DNA of 64,000 nt, from contig OZ257128.1 in the NCBI GenBank assembly GCA_965278945.1, forward strand, positions 680,257-744,256, in the 5' to 3' direction. Position 1 is the stretch's first letter. Every line of letters starts with the position of its first letter. Position numbers and translations under genes: made by a program. The notes below the pieces were generated by a model. It had not been told where the DNA came from and made no database searches. It worked only from the letters and a program-made list of their open reading frames with translations. This document shows positions 1-8,586 of this stretch, piece after piece. Source of the DNA: Actinomycetes bacterium (GTDB lineage: Bacteria > Actinomycetota > Actinomycetes > S36-B12).

Positions 1-459
1 CACAGCGCGGTCACGACCCACGCGTTGGTCCCAGATCGTGAAAGCGATCCGCACGCCCGGGTTCGCGTCGGCTGGGGCCAGCGCGCGCATCGCAAGGATG
101 ACAGCATCGGGCGTGAGGCACGTGCCGCGCGGGTTGGGGGACGTTACGGCCCACCGAGCGAGGTCCTGCAGGATCGGCTCGAGTTGCGCTCCCCATTCGG
201 TTAGCTCGTACACGGCAACGCGGCTCGGTGCGGGGAGAGTCTCGCGCCGAACGACGCCGTCGCGCACGAGTTGACGAAGGCGTGCGGTGAGTATCGCCGA
301 ACTGACGCCAGGCAGCGACGCGACCAGATCGTTGTAACGCTTAGGACCGAGCAGGAGCTCGCGCACCACGAGCGATGCCCAGTGATCCCCGATGACATCG
401 AACGCGTGCGCCGTCGAGCAGGCGTCGTCGAACGACGCGTACGTGCGCTTGATCGGCAT
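1..459 (-). CDS. HxlR-family winged-helix transcriptional regulator (3' end outside window; absent from ORF track)
   Basis: Manual translation MPIKRTYASFDDACSTAHAFDVIGDHWASLVVRELLLGPKRYNDL...LTARLRQL...YELTEWG matches the HxlR pattern; AGGGAGG RBS upstream of ATG 459. Confidence 0.9.
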   Translation of the reverse strand, partial: MPIKRTYASFDDACSTAHAFDVIGDHWASLVVRELLLGPKRYNDLVASLPGVSSAILTARLRQLVRDGVVRRETLPAPSRVAVYELTEWGAQLEPILQDLARWAVTSPNPRGTCLTPDAVILAMRALAPADANPGVRIAFTIWDQRVGRDRAV

Positions 460-471
460 CGAGCCTCCCTG

Positions 472-870
472 TCAGTGCTCCGCGGTGACGTTCAGGCGCC
501 AGCAGACCCCGAACCGGTCGATGAGCTCTCCGAACTCGTCGCCCCACTCGGCGATGGCCAGCGGCAGCGTGACGCTAGCGCCCGCAGACAGCGCCGCGAA
601 GCGAGACCTGATCCACTCGGCGTCGTCGGACACGATCGACAGCGAGTACGCGCTCGACGTCGGCGCGACGTCTGCGCCGTCCGAGCCGCGCAGGGTGAAC
701 GACGCGGTCGTGAGCTCGGCGTGGGCGAGTGCATCGGCGGGCATGTTGGTCATGCCCGTCTGCTCGGCGGTCAGGATCTCCAACGAGCCCTCGAAGACGG
801 CGCGGTAGAACTCCATTGCCTCGCGGCAGGTGCCGGGGAAGGTGATGTACGGGGCAAGAACCGTGGACAC
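472..870 (-). CDS. VOC/PhnB-like glyoxalase family protein
   Basis: PYITFPGTCREAMEFY...HAEL...WGDEFGELIDRFGVCW; GTG 870 preceded by AGGAG. Confidence 0.88.
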   Translation of the reverse strand: MSTVLAPYITFPGTCREAMEFYRAVFEGSLEILTAEQTGMTNMPADALAHAELTTASFTLRGSDGADVAPTSSAYSLSIVSDDAEWIRSRFAALSAGASVTLPLAIAEWGDEFGELIDRFGVCWRLNVTAEH

Positions 871-905
871 ATGAACTCCTCTGGTCGGGCTGGTGAATCT
901 AACAG

Positions 906-936
906 TGTTTAACAGAGTGGACAAGTCGTTTAACGA
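906..936. promoter_or_regulatory. Tandem GTTTAAC near-palindromes, candidate HxlR operator
   Basis: GTTTAAC at 907-913 and 928-934 (21 bp apart) in the AT-rich divergent spacer. Confidence 0.45.
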
Positions 937-956
937 ACTGGAGTAGCGTCTAGCCC

Positions 957-1415
957 ATGGAGTTCGTGACCCGGCCGATCACGGCCTACGACGCGGGCGA
1001 GGTGCTGACCTTGCAGCGCGCCGCGTACGCAACAGAGGCGCAGATCTACGGAGACCCATTCCTGCCTGCGCTGACCCAGACCCTCGACGAGCTACGGGCC
1101 GAGATTGCGTCGAGCGGAGGCTTTGTCGTCGTCAGCGGCACTCGCATCGTCGCCGCAGTGCGGACGGCCCGGCACGGGAGCCATGTCCACATCGGCAGGC
1201 TGACGGTCGCGCCCGACATGCAGGGCAATGGGCTGGGCACGATGCTGCTCGCCGAGGTGGAGAAGGCCGCAGATGCCGAGTATGCGGAGCTGTTCACCGG
1301 TCATCTCAGCGCGGCGAACATCCGGCTGTATGAGCGCGCTGGGTACGTCGAGTCCCATCGCAAGGCTCTGCGCAGCGGAGTCGAGCTGGTGTACCTGCGC
1401 AAGCCTCTTCGCTGA
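957..1415 (+). CDS. GNAT family N-acetyltransferase
   Basis: Motif A IGRLTVAPDMQGNGLG; LFTG...NIRLYERAGY. Confidence 0.9.
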   Translation: MEFVTRPITAYDAGEVLTLQRAAYATEAQIYGDPFLPALTQTLDELRAEIASSGGFVVVSGTRIVAAVRTARHGSHVHIGRLTVAPDMQGNGLGTMLLAEVEKAADAEYAELFTGHLSAANIRLYERAGYVESHRKALRSGVELVYLRKPLR

Positions 1416-1446
1416 GGATCCAGGCTGCCGCGCTGCTCAACTGCAT

Positions 1447-1462
1447 ACTGTTGACAGTTGCT
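1447..1462 (+). promoter_or_regulatory. Operator/-35 ACTGTTGACAGTTGCT, copy 1 (probable GntR site)
   Basis: Identical 16-mer at 4806-4821; near-palindromic; contains TTGACA. Confidence 0.75.
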
Positions 1463-1511
1463 ATACGGTTGCGCGCAAGATCGGGTGCTGCCAACTGAAG
1501 GAGAACCAAGA

Positions 1512-2363
1512 GTGAGCAAGTCTGTTGCGGTATTCGGCGGGATCTTCTGGCGCGAGCCGGCATTGCGGTCGCAGGCGAAGGAAACGGCCGCAGAGATCGA
1601 GGACCTGGGCTTCTCGGGACTGTGGCTGTCCGCCGGGCACGACCAGGGCCTGCCCACGATCTTCGGCGACCTGCTGGACGCGACGACGTCGATGACCATC
1701 GCGTCCGGAATCGTCAGCATCTGGCACGCGACTCCCGACGAGTCCGCCGCCGCGTTCGCCGACCTGGACAGCAAGCATCCCGGGCGCTTCCTCCTGGGCA
1801 TCGGCACGTCGCACCCGACGTCGACGTCCGCCTACAACAAGCCGTACAGCCACACGATCGGGTACCTCGACGGGCTCGATGCGGCGCAGCCGCCGGTGCC
1901 CGTCGACCGTCGCATCGTCGCCGCGCTCGGCCCGAAGATGCTCAAGCTCGCGGGGGAGCGCTCGATCGGCGCATTCCCGTACTTCGTGCCGGTCGAGCAC
2001 ACCGCGTTCGCGCGCTCGATCCTCGGCGACGGCCCTCTGCTCACCCCCGAGCAGGCGGTGCTCTTCGAGACTGATCCGGTCGTCGCACGTGCCATCGCCC
2101 GCCAGCACATGGAGTACTACCTCGCCCAGCCGAACTACACCCAGGCGCTGCGGCAGTTCGGCTTCGACGACGCGGACTTCGCCAATGGCGGCAGCGACCG
2201 CCTCGCCGACACGATCGTCGCGTGGGGCGACGTCGACGATGTTGTCGCGCGGATCCACGCGCACCACGACGCCGGTGCCGACACGGTCGTCGTCCAGGTG
2301 CTCACCCACGAGGCGAACGACTTCGCCAGCGCCGACTACCGGCTGCTGGCAGGTGCGCTGTGA
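1512..2363 (+). CDS. LLM-class F420-dependent oxidoreductase (MSMEG_4141/TIGR03620-like)
   Basis: IASGIVSIW, RFLLGIGTSH, AALGPKMLKLA, LTPEQAV, GGSDRLAD; GAAGGAG RBS before GTG 1512. Confidence 0.88.
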   Translation: MSKSVAVFGGIFWREPALRSQAKETAAEIEDLGFSGLWLSAGHDQGLPTIFGDLLDATTSMTIASGIVSIWHATPDESAAAFADLDSKHPGRFLLGIGTSHPTSTSAYNKPYSHTIGYLDGLDAAQPPVPVDRRIVAALGPKMLKLAGERSIGAFPYFVPVEHTAFARSILGDGPLLTPEQAVLFETDPVVARAIARQHMEYYLAQPNYTQALRQFGFDDADFANGGSDRLADTIVAWGDVDDVVARIHAHHDAGADTVVVQVLTHEANDFASADYRLLAGAL

Positions 2364-3178
2364 CCGGTCGTCTTGAGGGCAAGGTCGCTCTCATCACCGG
2401 AGCGGCCCGTGGCCAGGGAGCCAATCACGCGCGAGTGCTGGCCGGGGAGGGCGCCGACATCGTCGCCGTCGACATCTGCCACGACATCAGCTCGCTCTAT
2501 CCGCTCGGCACGCGAGCCGAGCTCGACCAGGTCGTCGCGTCCGTGCGCGCGATCGGCCGGGATGCGATCGCGCTCGAGTGCGACCAGCGCAACGACGGTG
2601 CCGTTGCGGAGGTGGTGAAGGCGGCCGAGGCAGAGTTCGGGCGCATCGACATCCTCGTCAACAACGCCGGCGTGCTCGCCGTGTCGGGCATCTACGAGAT
2701 GTCCGTGGAGGAGATGGACCTGCAGATCGACATCAACCTCAAGGGGCCGTTCAACTTCGTGCGCCATGTGTCACCCGGCATGAAGGACCGAGGCTTCGGC
2801 CGCATCGTCAACATCTCCTCCTCCGGCGGCGTCCGTCCCTTCTCGTACCTCTCGCATTACGTCGCGGCCAAGGCCGGCCTGATCATGGCGGGCAAGAGCT
2901 GGGCCCAGGAGCTCGGCGAGTGGGGCATCACGGTCAACGCGATCGCCCCCGGCGTCCTGCGCACCCCGATGAACGACTACGTGCTCGCCATCCTCGACCA
3001 GGACAAGTCCCTCGACGACGGATACGCCGAGTGGATGGAGCGCAACGTCTTCAAGGGCAAGGACAACCCCCTCGAGCTCGACGACATCTCGCGCGCGATC
3101 GTCTACCTCGCCAGCGAGGACGGCCGCGCGGTCACCGGGCAGACGCTCGGCGTCGACTCCGGCTGGACGATCACCTGA
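2360..3178 (+). CDS. Mycofactocin-coupled SDR oxidoreductase (TIGR03971-like)
   Basis: ITGAARGQG, AVDIC plus YPLGT insertion loop, NNAG, YVAAK; GTGA overlap with upstream gene. Confidence 0.85.
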   Translation: MTGRLEGKVALITGAARGQGANHARVLAGEGADIVAVDICHDISSLYPLGTRAELDQVVASVRAIGRDAIALECDQRNDGAVAEVVKAAEAEFGRIDILVNNAGVLAVSGIYEMSVEEMDLQIDINLKGPFNFVRHVSPGMKDRGFGRIVNISSSGGVRPFSYLSHYVAAKAGLIMAGKSWAQELGEWGITVNAIAPGVLRTPMNDYVLAILDQDKSLDDGYAEWMERNVFKGKDNPLELDDISRAIVYLASEDGRAVTGQTLGVDSGWTIT

Positions 3179-3939
3179 TGCCGGAGACCTCGGCTCGGCG
3201 AGTCCTCATCACCGGAGGCGCGATCGGGATCGGGGCGGCGTGCGTTCGCCAGTTCGCGGCACTCGGCGACAGCGTCGTCATCGCGGACGTCCTGGAGCAT
3301 GAGGGCAGCGAGCTCGCTGCGGAGCTGGTCGCGGGCGGAATGGACGTCGAGTTCGTCTCGATGGACATGCGTTCGGCGGCTCAGATCGCCGACGGCGTGG
3401 CGCGGACCGAGCATGACGGCTTCGACGTGGTCGTGGCCAACGCCGGGATCGTGCGACTCGTCCCGTTCACGAGTCTGAGCGACGCCCAATGGGACGAGAC
3501 CATGGAGGTCAATCTCAAGGGCGCGATGCAGACCTTCCGAGCGGCTCTTCCCGCGCTGATCGCCAAGGGCGGGGGCAGCCTCGTCGCGATGACGTCGATC
3601 GCCGGCCACACCTACGGGTGGCAGGAGCATGTCCAGTACTCCACGGCGAAGGCGGGACTCATCGGACTGGTCCGATCGCTCGCCGTCGAGTTCGGCCCGA
3701 GCAACGTCCGCGCGAATCTGATCGCTCCCGGGTACATCAGGACGGCCCAGTCGCTCGACGCGGTGAACTCCGCCGGCGCGGAACTCCTGGAAGCGAACGC
3801 GTCCACGGTGCCACTCGGTCGGATCGGGGAGCCCGACGACGTTGCCGGTGTTGCCGTGTTCTTGGCCTCGGACGCCGCGCGCTACGTCAGTGGCCAGACA
3901 ATCGTTGTCGACGGAGGCCTGCTCGTCCGCCTCGGGTGA
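3178..3939 (+). CDS. SDR family NAD(P)-dependent oxidoreductase
   Basis: TGGAIGIG, ANAG, YSTAK, VDGG; TGATG overlap. Confidence 0.9.
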   Translation: MPETSARRVLITGGAIGIGAACVRQFAALGDSVVIADVLEHEGSELAAELVAGGMDVEFVSMDMRSAAQIADGVARTEHDGFDVVVANAGIVRLVPFTSLSDAQWDETMEVNLKGAMQTFRAALPALIAKGGGSLVAMTSIAGHTYGWQEHVQYSTAKAGLIGLVRSLAVEFGPSNVRANLIAPGYIRTAQSLDAVNSAGAELLEANASTVPLGRIGEPDDVAGVAVFLASDAARYVSGQTIVVDGGLLVRLG

Positions 3940-3949
3940 TGGTAGTCGT

Positions 3950-4684
3950 CTAGCTGATGACGTAGCCGCCGTCGACGACGAGCGACTCGCCGAAGATTGA
4001 CGCGGAGTCCGACGAGAGCAGGAAGCCGATCGCCGCAGCGATCTCCTCGGGCTGGATCAAGCGGCCGTGCAACTGCGTGGCGATGATCGCGTCGCGCTCG
4101 CGCTCGCCCTCGGGATTGTCGAAGAAGCGCCGGAGCATCGCGGTCTCGGTCGGGCCCGGGCACACGCTGTTCGCGCGGATGCCGTCCGCGCCGAAGTCGA
4201 GCGAGATCGTCTTCATCAGCATGATGAGCGCGGCCTTCGACGCGCAGTAGGCGGCGTTGTCGCGTCCCGCCGCGATGCCGAGCTGCGATGCGACGGCCAC
4301 GATCGATCCGCCGCCGTTGGCGCGCAGGTGCGGGATCGCCTCGCGCACCACGTAGAAGACACCGGACAAGTTGACGCCCAGGATCTTGTCCCAGTCGGCG
4401 AGCGACACTGTCTCGACGGTCCCGCGCGGGGCGATGCCAGCAGCGCAGACGACCCCCGACAGTCCGCCCAGGACGCCGACCGCCTCGGTCACCGCGCCCG
4501 ACATGGCGGCGGAGTCGCTGACGTCGGCGACGATCGTGTGGGTGCCGTCCGGCACGCCGTCGGGGAACCCCATGTCGACGGCCACGACGCTCGCGCCCTG
4601 GCCGCGCAGGCGCGCGACGGTCGCCTGGCCGATACCCGACCCGCCACCGGTGACGAACACTCGCTCAGAATGGTCAGAAGCCAT
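3950..4684 (-). CDS. SDR family oxidoreductase
   Basis: TGGGSGIG, YCASK, NSVCPG, VDGGY. Confidence 0.9.
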   Translation of the reverse strand: MASDHSERVFVTGGGSGIGQATVARLRGQGASVVAVDMGFPDGVPDGTHTIVADVSDSAAMSGAVTEAVGVLGGLSGVVCAAGIAPRGTVETVSLADWDKILGVNLSGVFYVVREAIPHLRANGGGSIVAVASQLGIAAGRDNAAYCASKAALIMLMKTISLDFGADGIRANSVCPGPTETAMLRRFFDNPEGERERDAIIATQLHGRLIQPEEIAAAIGFLLSSDSASIFGESLVVDGGYVIS

Positions 4685-4805
4685 GGATGGATCCCTTCGA
4701 TCGTTGCCGTTCTGAGACGTCCGAATCGGACCTGGGAGCCATTCTGAGCCGTCTCAAGGCTGGTTTATTTCGGGCGGGTAACAAAGTGGTAACTGGTAAC
4801 TGCGA

Positions 4806-4821
4806 ACTGTTGACAGTTGCT
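4806..4821 (+). promoter_or_regulatory. Operator/-35 ACTGTTGACAGTTGCT, copy 2
   Basis: Identical to 1447-1462; preceded by heptads GGTAACT GGTAACT GCGAACT. Confidence 0.75.
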
Positions 4822-4867
4822 TAGCGTATGCCCAGACTTCACCAAAAGCCCCCCGAAAGGAGCCCAA

Positions 4868-5200
4868 ATGCCGGGTACGTACCCCGCGTTGGACCGTACC
4901 GCCGCCATCGATTTCGGCGACGACGGACCGCTTGGCCCCTTCTCTGCGGAGCTGACCTTCCATTCCGCAGACCAGACCGTGGACTTCCGCGTTACCCGAG
5001 GCTCGCTGGTCGGCATCGCCGGCACCGTCCCGTTTACCGCCCAGGAAGTGGCCGACGGCATCTGGCTGGTGACATGGCAGGAGCCCGGCAACTTGTCGGT
5101 CACCCAGGTCCACAACTTCAACAGCGGCCTCCTGCTGACCGTGAACGTCAACGAGGCCTACGAGCTCGCCCACATCAACGGAACGATCCACCTCACCTAA
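4868..5200 (+). CDS. MoaF-like / phenolic-acid-decarboxylase-fold small protein
   Basis: EVADGIWLVTWQE...VTQVHNF pattern; GAAAGGAG RBS. Confidence 0.7.
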   Translation: MPGTYPALDRTAAIDFGDDGPLGPFSAELTFHSADQTVDFRVTRGSLVGIAGTVPFTAQEVADGIWLVTWQEPGNLSVTQVHNFNSGLLLTVNVNEAYELAHINGTIHLT

Positions 5201-5247
5201 GCCGTCGTCGTTCCATCTGCGCTAGTTGCGCCACAAGGAGATATTTA

Positions 5248-6126
5248 GTGAACACGCTGCGATCGTTGATCGCCTCGGCAGAAGACAGAGGCAGGGCCGT
5301 CGTCCTTCCGGGCGCGTTTGACGCGCTCAGCGCCCGCCTCATCGAAGCTGCCGGGTTCGACGCCATCTACCTGACGGGCGCTGGATTCGCCAATTCCAGT
5401 CTGGGCGTTCCGGACATCGGGCTCGTCACAGCAACCGAGATGCGCGACCACGTGGCAAAGATCGTCGATGTCGTGGACATCCCGCTCGTCGTCGATGCCG
5501 ACACCGGCTACGGCAACGCGATCAACATGGGCCGCACCGTCCGCCAGTTCGAGCGCGCCGGCGCATCCGCGCTGCAGATCGAGGACCAGCTCTTCCCCAA
5601 GAAGTGCGGTCACTTCGAGGGCAAGGGCGTCATCTCCGCGAAGGAGATGGTGCAGAAGGTGCACGCGGCAGTCGACGCTCGCAGGTCCGAGGACCTGCTC
5701 ATCATCGCCCGAACCGACGCTCGGGCCGTGTCGACCCTGGAGGAGGCGCTCGAGCGTGCCGAGCTCTATCGCGAGGCCGGCGCTGACGTCCTGTTCGTCG
5801 AGGCGCCCACGTCGGTCGAGGAGATGCAGATCATCGGCCAGCGCCTGGACGGCCCGCTCGTCGCGAACATGGTCGAGGGCGGCAAGACACCCCTGCTCAG
5901 CGCGGGCGAGCTCGCCGATCTCGGCTTCTCCGTCGTCCTGTTCGCGAATGCGACCCTTCGCGTCGCGCATCGCGCGATCAATGGCCTGCTGACCGAACTG
6001 GCGCAGACCGGTACCACGAAGGCGATGCTCGACCAGATGGCCGGTTGGAACGAGCGCCAGGATGCCGTCGGCAAGTCGCACTACGACGCCCTGGAGCGCA
6101 AGTACTCGACCGAGGGCCAGTCATGA
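5248..6126 (+). CDS. Isocitrate lyase/PEP mutase family C-C lyase (methylisocitrate/2,3-dimethylmalate lyase-like)
   Basis: DADTGYG, IEDQ, KKCGH, IIARTDA, NMVEGGKTP; AAGGAG RBS. Confidence 0.92.
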   Translation: MNTLRSLIASAEDRGRAVVLPGAFDALSARLIEAAGFDAIYLTGAGFANSSLGVPDIGLVTATEMRDHVAKIVDVVDIPLVVDADTGYGNAINMGRTVRQFERAGASALQIEDQLFPKKCGHFEGKGVISAKEMVQKVHAAVDARRSEDLLIIARTDARAVSTLEEALERAELYREAGADVLFVEAPTSVEEMQIIGQRLDGPLVANMVEGGKTPLLSAGELADLGFSVVLFANATLRVAHRAINGLLTELAQTGTTKAMLDQMAGWNERQDAVGKSHYDALERKYSTEGQS

Positions 6127-7529
6127 CGGCATCGGACCTGCGCATCGCCAACGCCGACGTCGTCCTGCCGACCGGCGTGACGAAGGCCGACATCATCGTG
6201 CACGACGGACGTACCAGCGAGATCGTGCAGCCGGGGACGCCCGTGGAGACCACGTCGACACTCGACGCGACCGGACTGCATGTCTTCCCCGGCGTCGTCG
6301 ACCCGCACGTTCACCTCGGCCCGAACATCACGTACCCGCAGTCACCCGAGGATGCCGTTCCCGAGTCGCAGTCCGCGGCCGCCGGCGGCGTGACGACGAT
6401 GCTCGCCTACCTGATGTCGGCCCAGCCGTACCACGAGGTCTACCCGACCGCCCTCGAGACGATGTCGAATCACTCCTTCACCGACTTCGGGTTCCACTTC
6501 TGTGTGGTCACCCGCGACCAGATCGAGGCCATCCCGGACTACGTGAGCGACCTTGGCGTCAGCTCCTACAAGTTCTTCATGAACTTCCGCGGCGAAGAGG
6601 GCGCCTACCTCGGCCTGCCCGGAAACGACGACGGCTTCATGTTCGACCTGCTTGAGGCGGCGCAGAAGAACGGCGCCATGCTCGATCCGCACGCGGAGAA
6701 CATCGAGCTCGTGTGGCGACTTCGCGCAGCCGGCGTCAAGGAGGGCAAGACCCCCCTCGACAGCTGGAATATCAACCGTCCCGACTATGTCGAGGCCTCG
6801 GCACTCAACAGCCTCGCCTTCCTGGCCCGGGTCACCGGCGCGAGCGTCTACGCCGTGCACACCACGAGTGCGATCGCCCTCGACGTCCTTCGCCAGAGCC
6901 GCACCGGCTACGACAATGTCTTCGTCGAGACGTGCCCCCACTACCTGACCCTCAACACCGGCTCCCCGTGCGGCACCTACGGCAAGGTCAACCCGCCGCT
7001 GCGCACCGAGGCCGATGCCGACGCGCTCTGGCAGGCGGTGGCCGACGGTTTCGTCGACACGATCGGCTCCGATCACGTGCCGCGTCACCGCTCCTTCAAG
7101 GAGAAGGACATCTGGACCGCCTCAGCAGGCTTCCCCGGCATGGAGAACCTCCTGCCGACGATGCTCTCGAGCGGCTTCCATGAGCGCGGTCTTCCGTTGA
7201 CGCGCATCGCCGAGGTCACCGCCTCGCGCCCCGCGCAGCTGTTCGGCATGTACCCCAAGAAGGGCGTCATCCAGGTCGGCTCGGATGCCGACTTCGCGAT
7301 CGTCGACCTCAACGAGACCTACGAGGTCGCCGCGGCCGATCAGTTCTCCGCCTCGGAGTACACCCCGTGGGAGGGCTGGCAGATGACGGGCCGGGTCCGG
7401 CACACGATCCTGCGTGGCCAGACCGTCTTCTCGGTCGGCCGGGACTTCGGCACGCCGACCGGCGAGTTCATCGCCCGCCGCTACAGCGGCGAAGCCGCCT
7501 TGGACGCGGCACGGGCGGTGACCGCATGA
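6123..7529 (+). CDS. Cyclic amidohydrolase (dihydroorotase/allantoinase/hydantoinase/imidase family)
   Basis: PGVVDPHVH, GGVTT, YKFF, HAEN, ETCPHYL, KVNPPLR, GSDH. Confidence 0.92.
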   Translation: MTASDLRIANADVVLPTGVTKADIIVHDGRTSEIVQPGTPVETTSTLDATGLHVFPGVVDPHVHLGPNITYPQSPEDAVPESQSAAAGGVTTMLAYLMSAQPYHEVYPTALETMSNHSFTDFGFHFCVVTRDQIEAIPDYVSDLGVSSYKFFMNFRGEEGAYLGLPGNDDGFMFDLLEAAQKNGAMLDPHAENIELVWRLRAAGVKEGKTPLDSWNINRPDYVEASALNSLAFLARVTGASVYAVHTTSAIALDVLRQSRTGYDNVFVETCPHYLTLNTGSPCGTYGKVNPPLRTEADADALWQAVADGFVDTIGSDHVPRHRSFKEKDIWTASAGFPGMENLLPTMLSSGFHERGLPLTRIAEVTASRPAQLFGMYPKKGVIQVGSDADFAIVDLNETYEVAAADQFSASEYTPWEGWQMTGRVRHTILRGQTVFSVGRDFGTPTGEFIARRYSGEAALDAARAVTA

Positions 7530-8215
7530 CCAATCCCTGGGACGACGTGATCAGCGCCGAGGATCTCGCGCGCTACGACAAGGCCGGCTTCGGCCGTCCG
7601 TCGGGCATCGGCTCCAAGCCCGCGCTGCTGATCATCGACGTGCAGTACCGCACGCTCGGCGACACGCCCAAGCCCTTCGACGAGGCGATCAAGGACTACT
7701 CCACCGCGGTCGGCCAGGCCGGCTGGGACGCCGTCGATCAGATCGAGAAGCTGCTCACGACGTTCCGCGCGGCCGGTCACCCGGTCCTGTACCCGCACGT
7801 CGCGCCGAAGCTCGCCTACGACGCCGGCACGCTCGGCGCGAAGGTGCCGTCGATCATGTCGATCCCGGAGCAGGGCTACAAGATCCCGGACCGGCTCGCG
7901 CCGCGGCCTGACGACATCATGCTGCCGAAGAAGCACCCGAGCGCGTTCTTCGGAACCCCGCTCGTGAGCTACCTGATCGACCTCGGCGTCGACACCCTGA
8001 TCGTCACGGGCTGCAGCACCAGCGGCTGCGTCCGCGGCACCGTCGTCGACGGCTTCGCCTACAACTTCAAGGCGATCGTCCCCCACGACGCGGTGTACGA
8101 CCGAAGCGACCTCGTCCACAAGGTGAACCTGTTCGACATGGGCCAGAAGTACGCCGACGTCATGAGCACCGACGACGTCATCGCGAAGCTCGCCTCGCTC
8201 GAGGGGAGTGGCTGA
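7526..8215 (+). CDS. Isochorismatase-family cysteine amidase (maleamate/N-carbamoylsarcosine amidohydrolase-like)
   Basis: Asp-Lys-Cys triad: LIIDVQ, KKHPSAFFGT, STSGCVRGT; NLFDMGQKYADV. Confidence 0.9.
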   Translation: MTNPWDDVISAEDLARYDKAGFGRPSGIGSKPALLIIDVQYRTLGDTPKPFDEAIKDYSTAVGQAGWDAVDQIEKLLTTFRAAGHPVLYPHVAPKLAYDAGTLGAKVPSIMSIPEQGYKIPDRLAPRPDDIMLPKKHPSAFFGTPLVSYLIDLGVDTLIVTGCSTSGCVRGTVVDGFAYNFKAIVPHDAVYDRSDLVHKVNLFDMGQKYADVMSTDDVIAKLASLEGSG

Positions 8216-8216
8216 C

Positions 8217-8585
8217 ATGTACTCGATCAACTGGAGCCAGGTTCCCGAGACGGCCCACCTGCCGAACAATTTCCGCAACGCCGTGGCCGGCAAGGAGATG
8301 GGCGTCAACCGTATTCGCTGGGTGCACCCGACCTCGCTGCCCGCGCACATTCACGAGGACGCCGAGAAGGCCATCGTCGTGATCCAGGGCGCGATCTCGT
8401 TCATGATCAACGGCGAGGAGCTCACGCTGAGCGAGGGCGATGTCGCCATCGTGCCGCGCAATGCCGTCCACTCGGGCCACAGCATCGAGGGCGAGGCGGT
8501 CTTCATCGAGGTCTTCGCGCCCCTGCGCATCGAGAATCTCGCCGCGTTCCTCGGCGATACGTCCGTCACGATTGTGGAGGCCTGA
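8217..8585 (+). CDS. Cupin domain protein
   Basis: HIHEDAE...G and GDVAIVPRNAVH cupin motifs. Confidence 0.88.
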   Translation: MYSINWSQVPETAHLPNNFRNAVAGKEMGVNRIRWVHPTSLPAHIHEDAEKAIVVIQGAISFMINGEELTLSEGDVAIVPRNAVHSGHSIEGEAVFIEVFAPLRIENLAAFLGDTSVTIVEA

Positions 8586-8586
8586 C

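Noticed and set aside
2578-3939. Long N-terminal extensions in the ORF track (also 4828, 18119, 27176, 28303, and the minus-strand ORFs starting at 60145 and 60963)
   Set aside because: The extensions overlap upstream genes in another frame; real starts are fixed by RBS or stop-start overlaps, so no fusions or frameshifts are needed.
5248-6126. PEP mutase / phosphonate biosynthesis cluster
   Set aside because: The motif is EDQ...KKCGH (lyase type), not EDK-x5-NS, and there is no phosphonopyruvate decarboxylase.
6123-7529. pyrC or allB housekeeping call
   Set aside because: No pyrimidine or purine pathway context; the substrate cannot be assigned from motifs alone.
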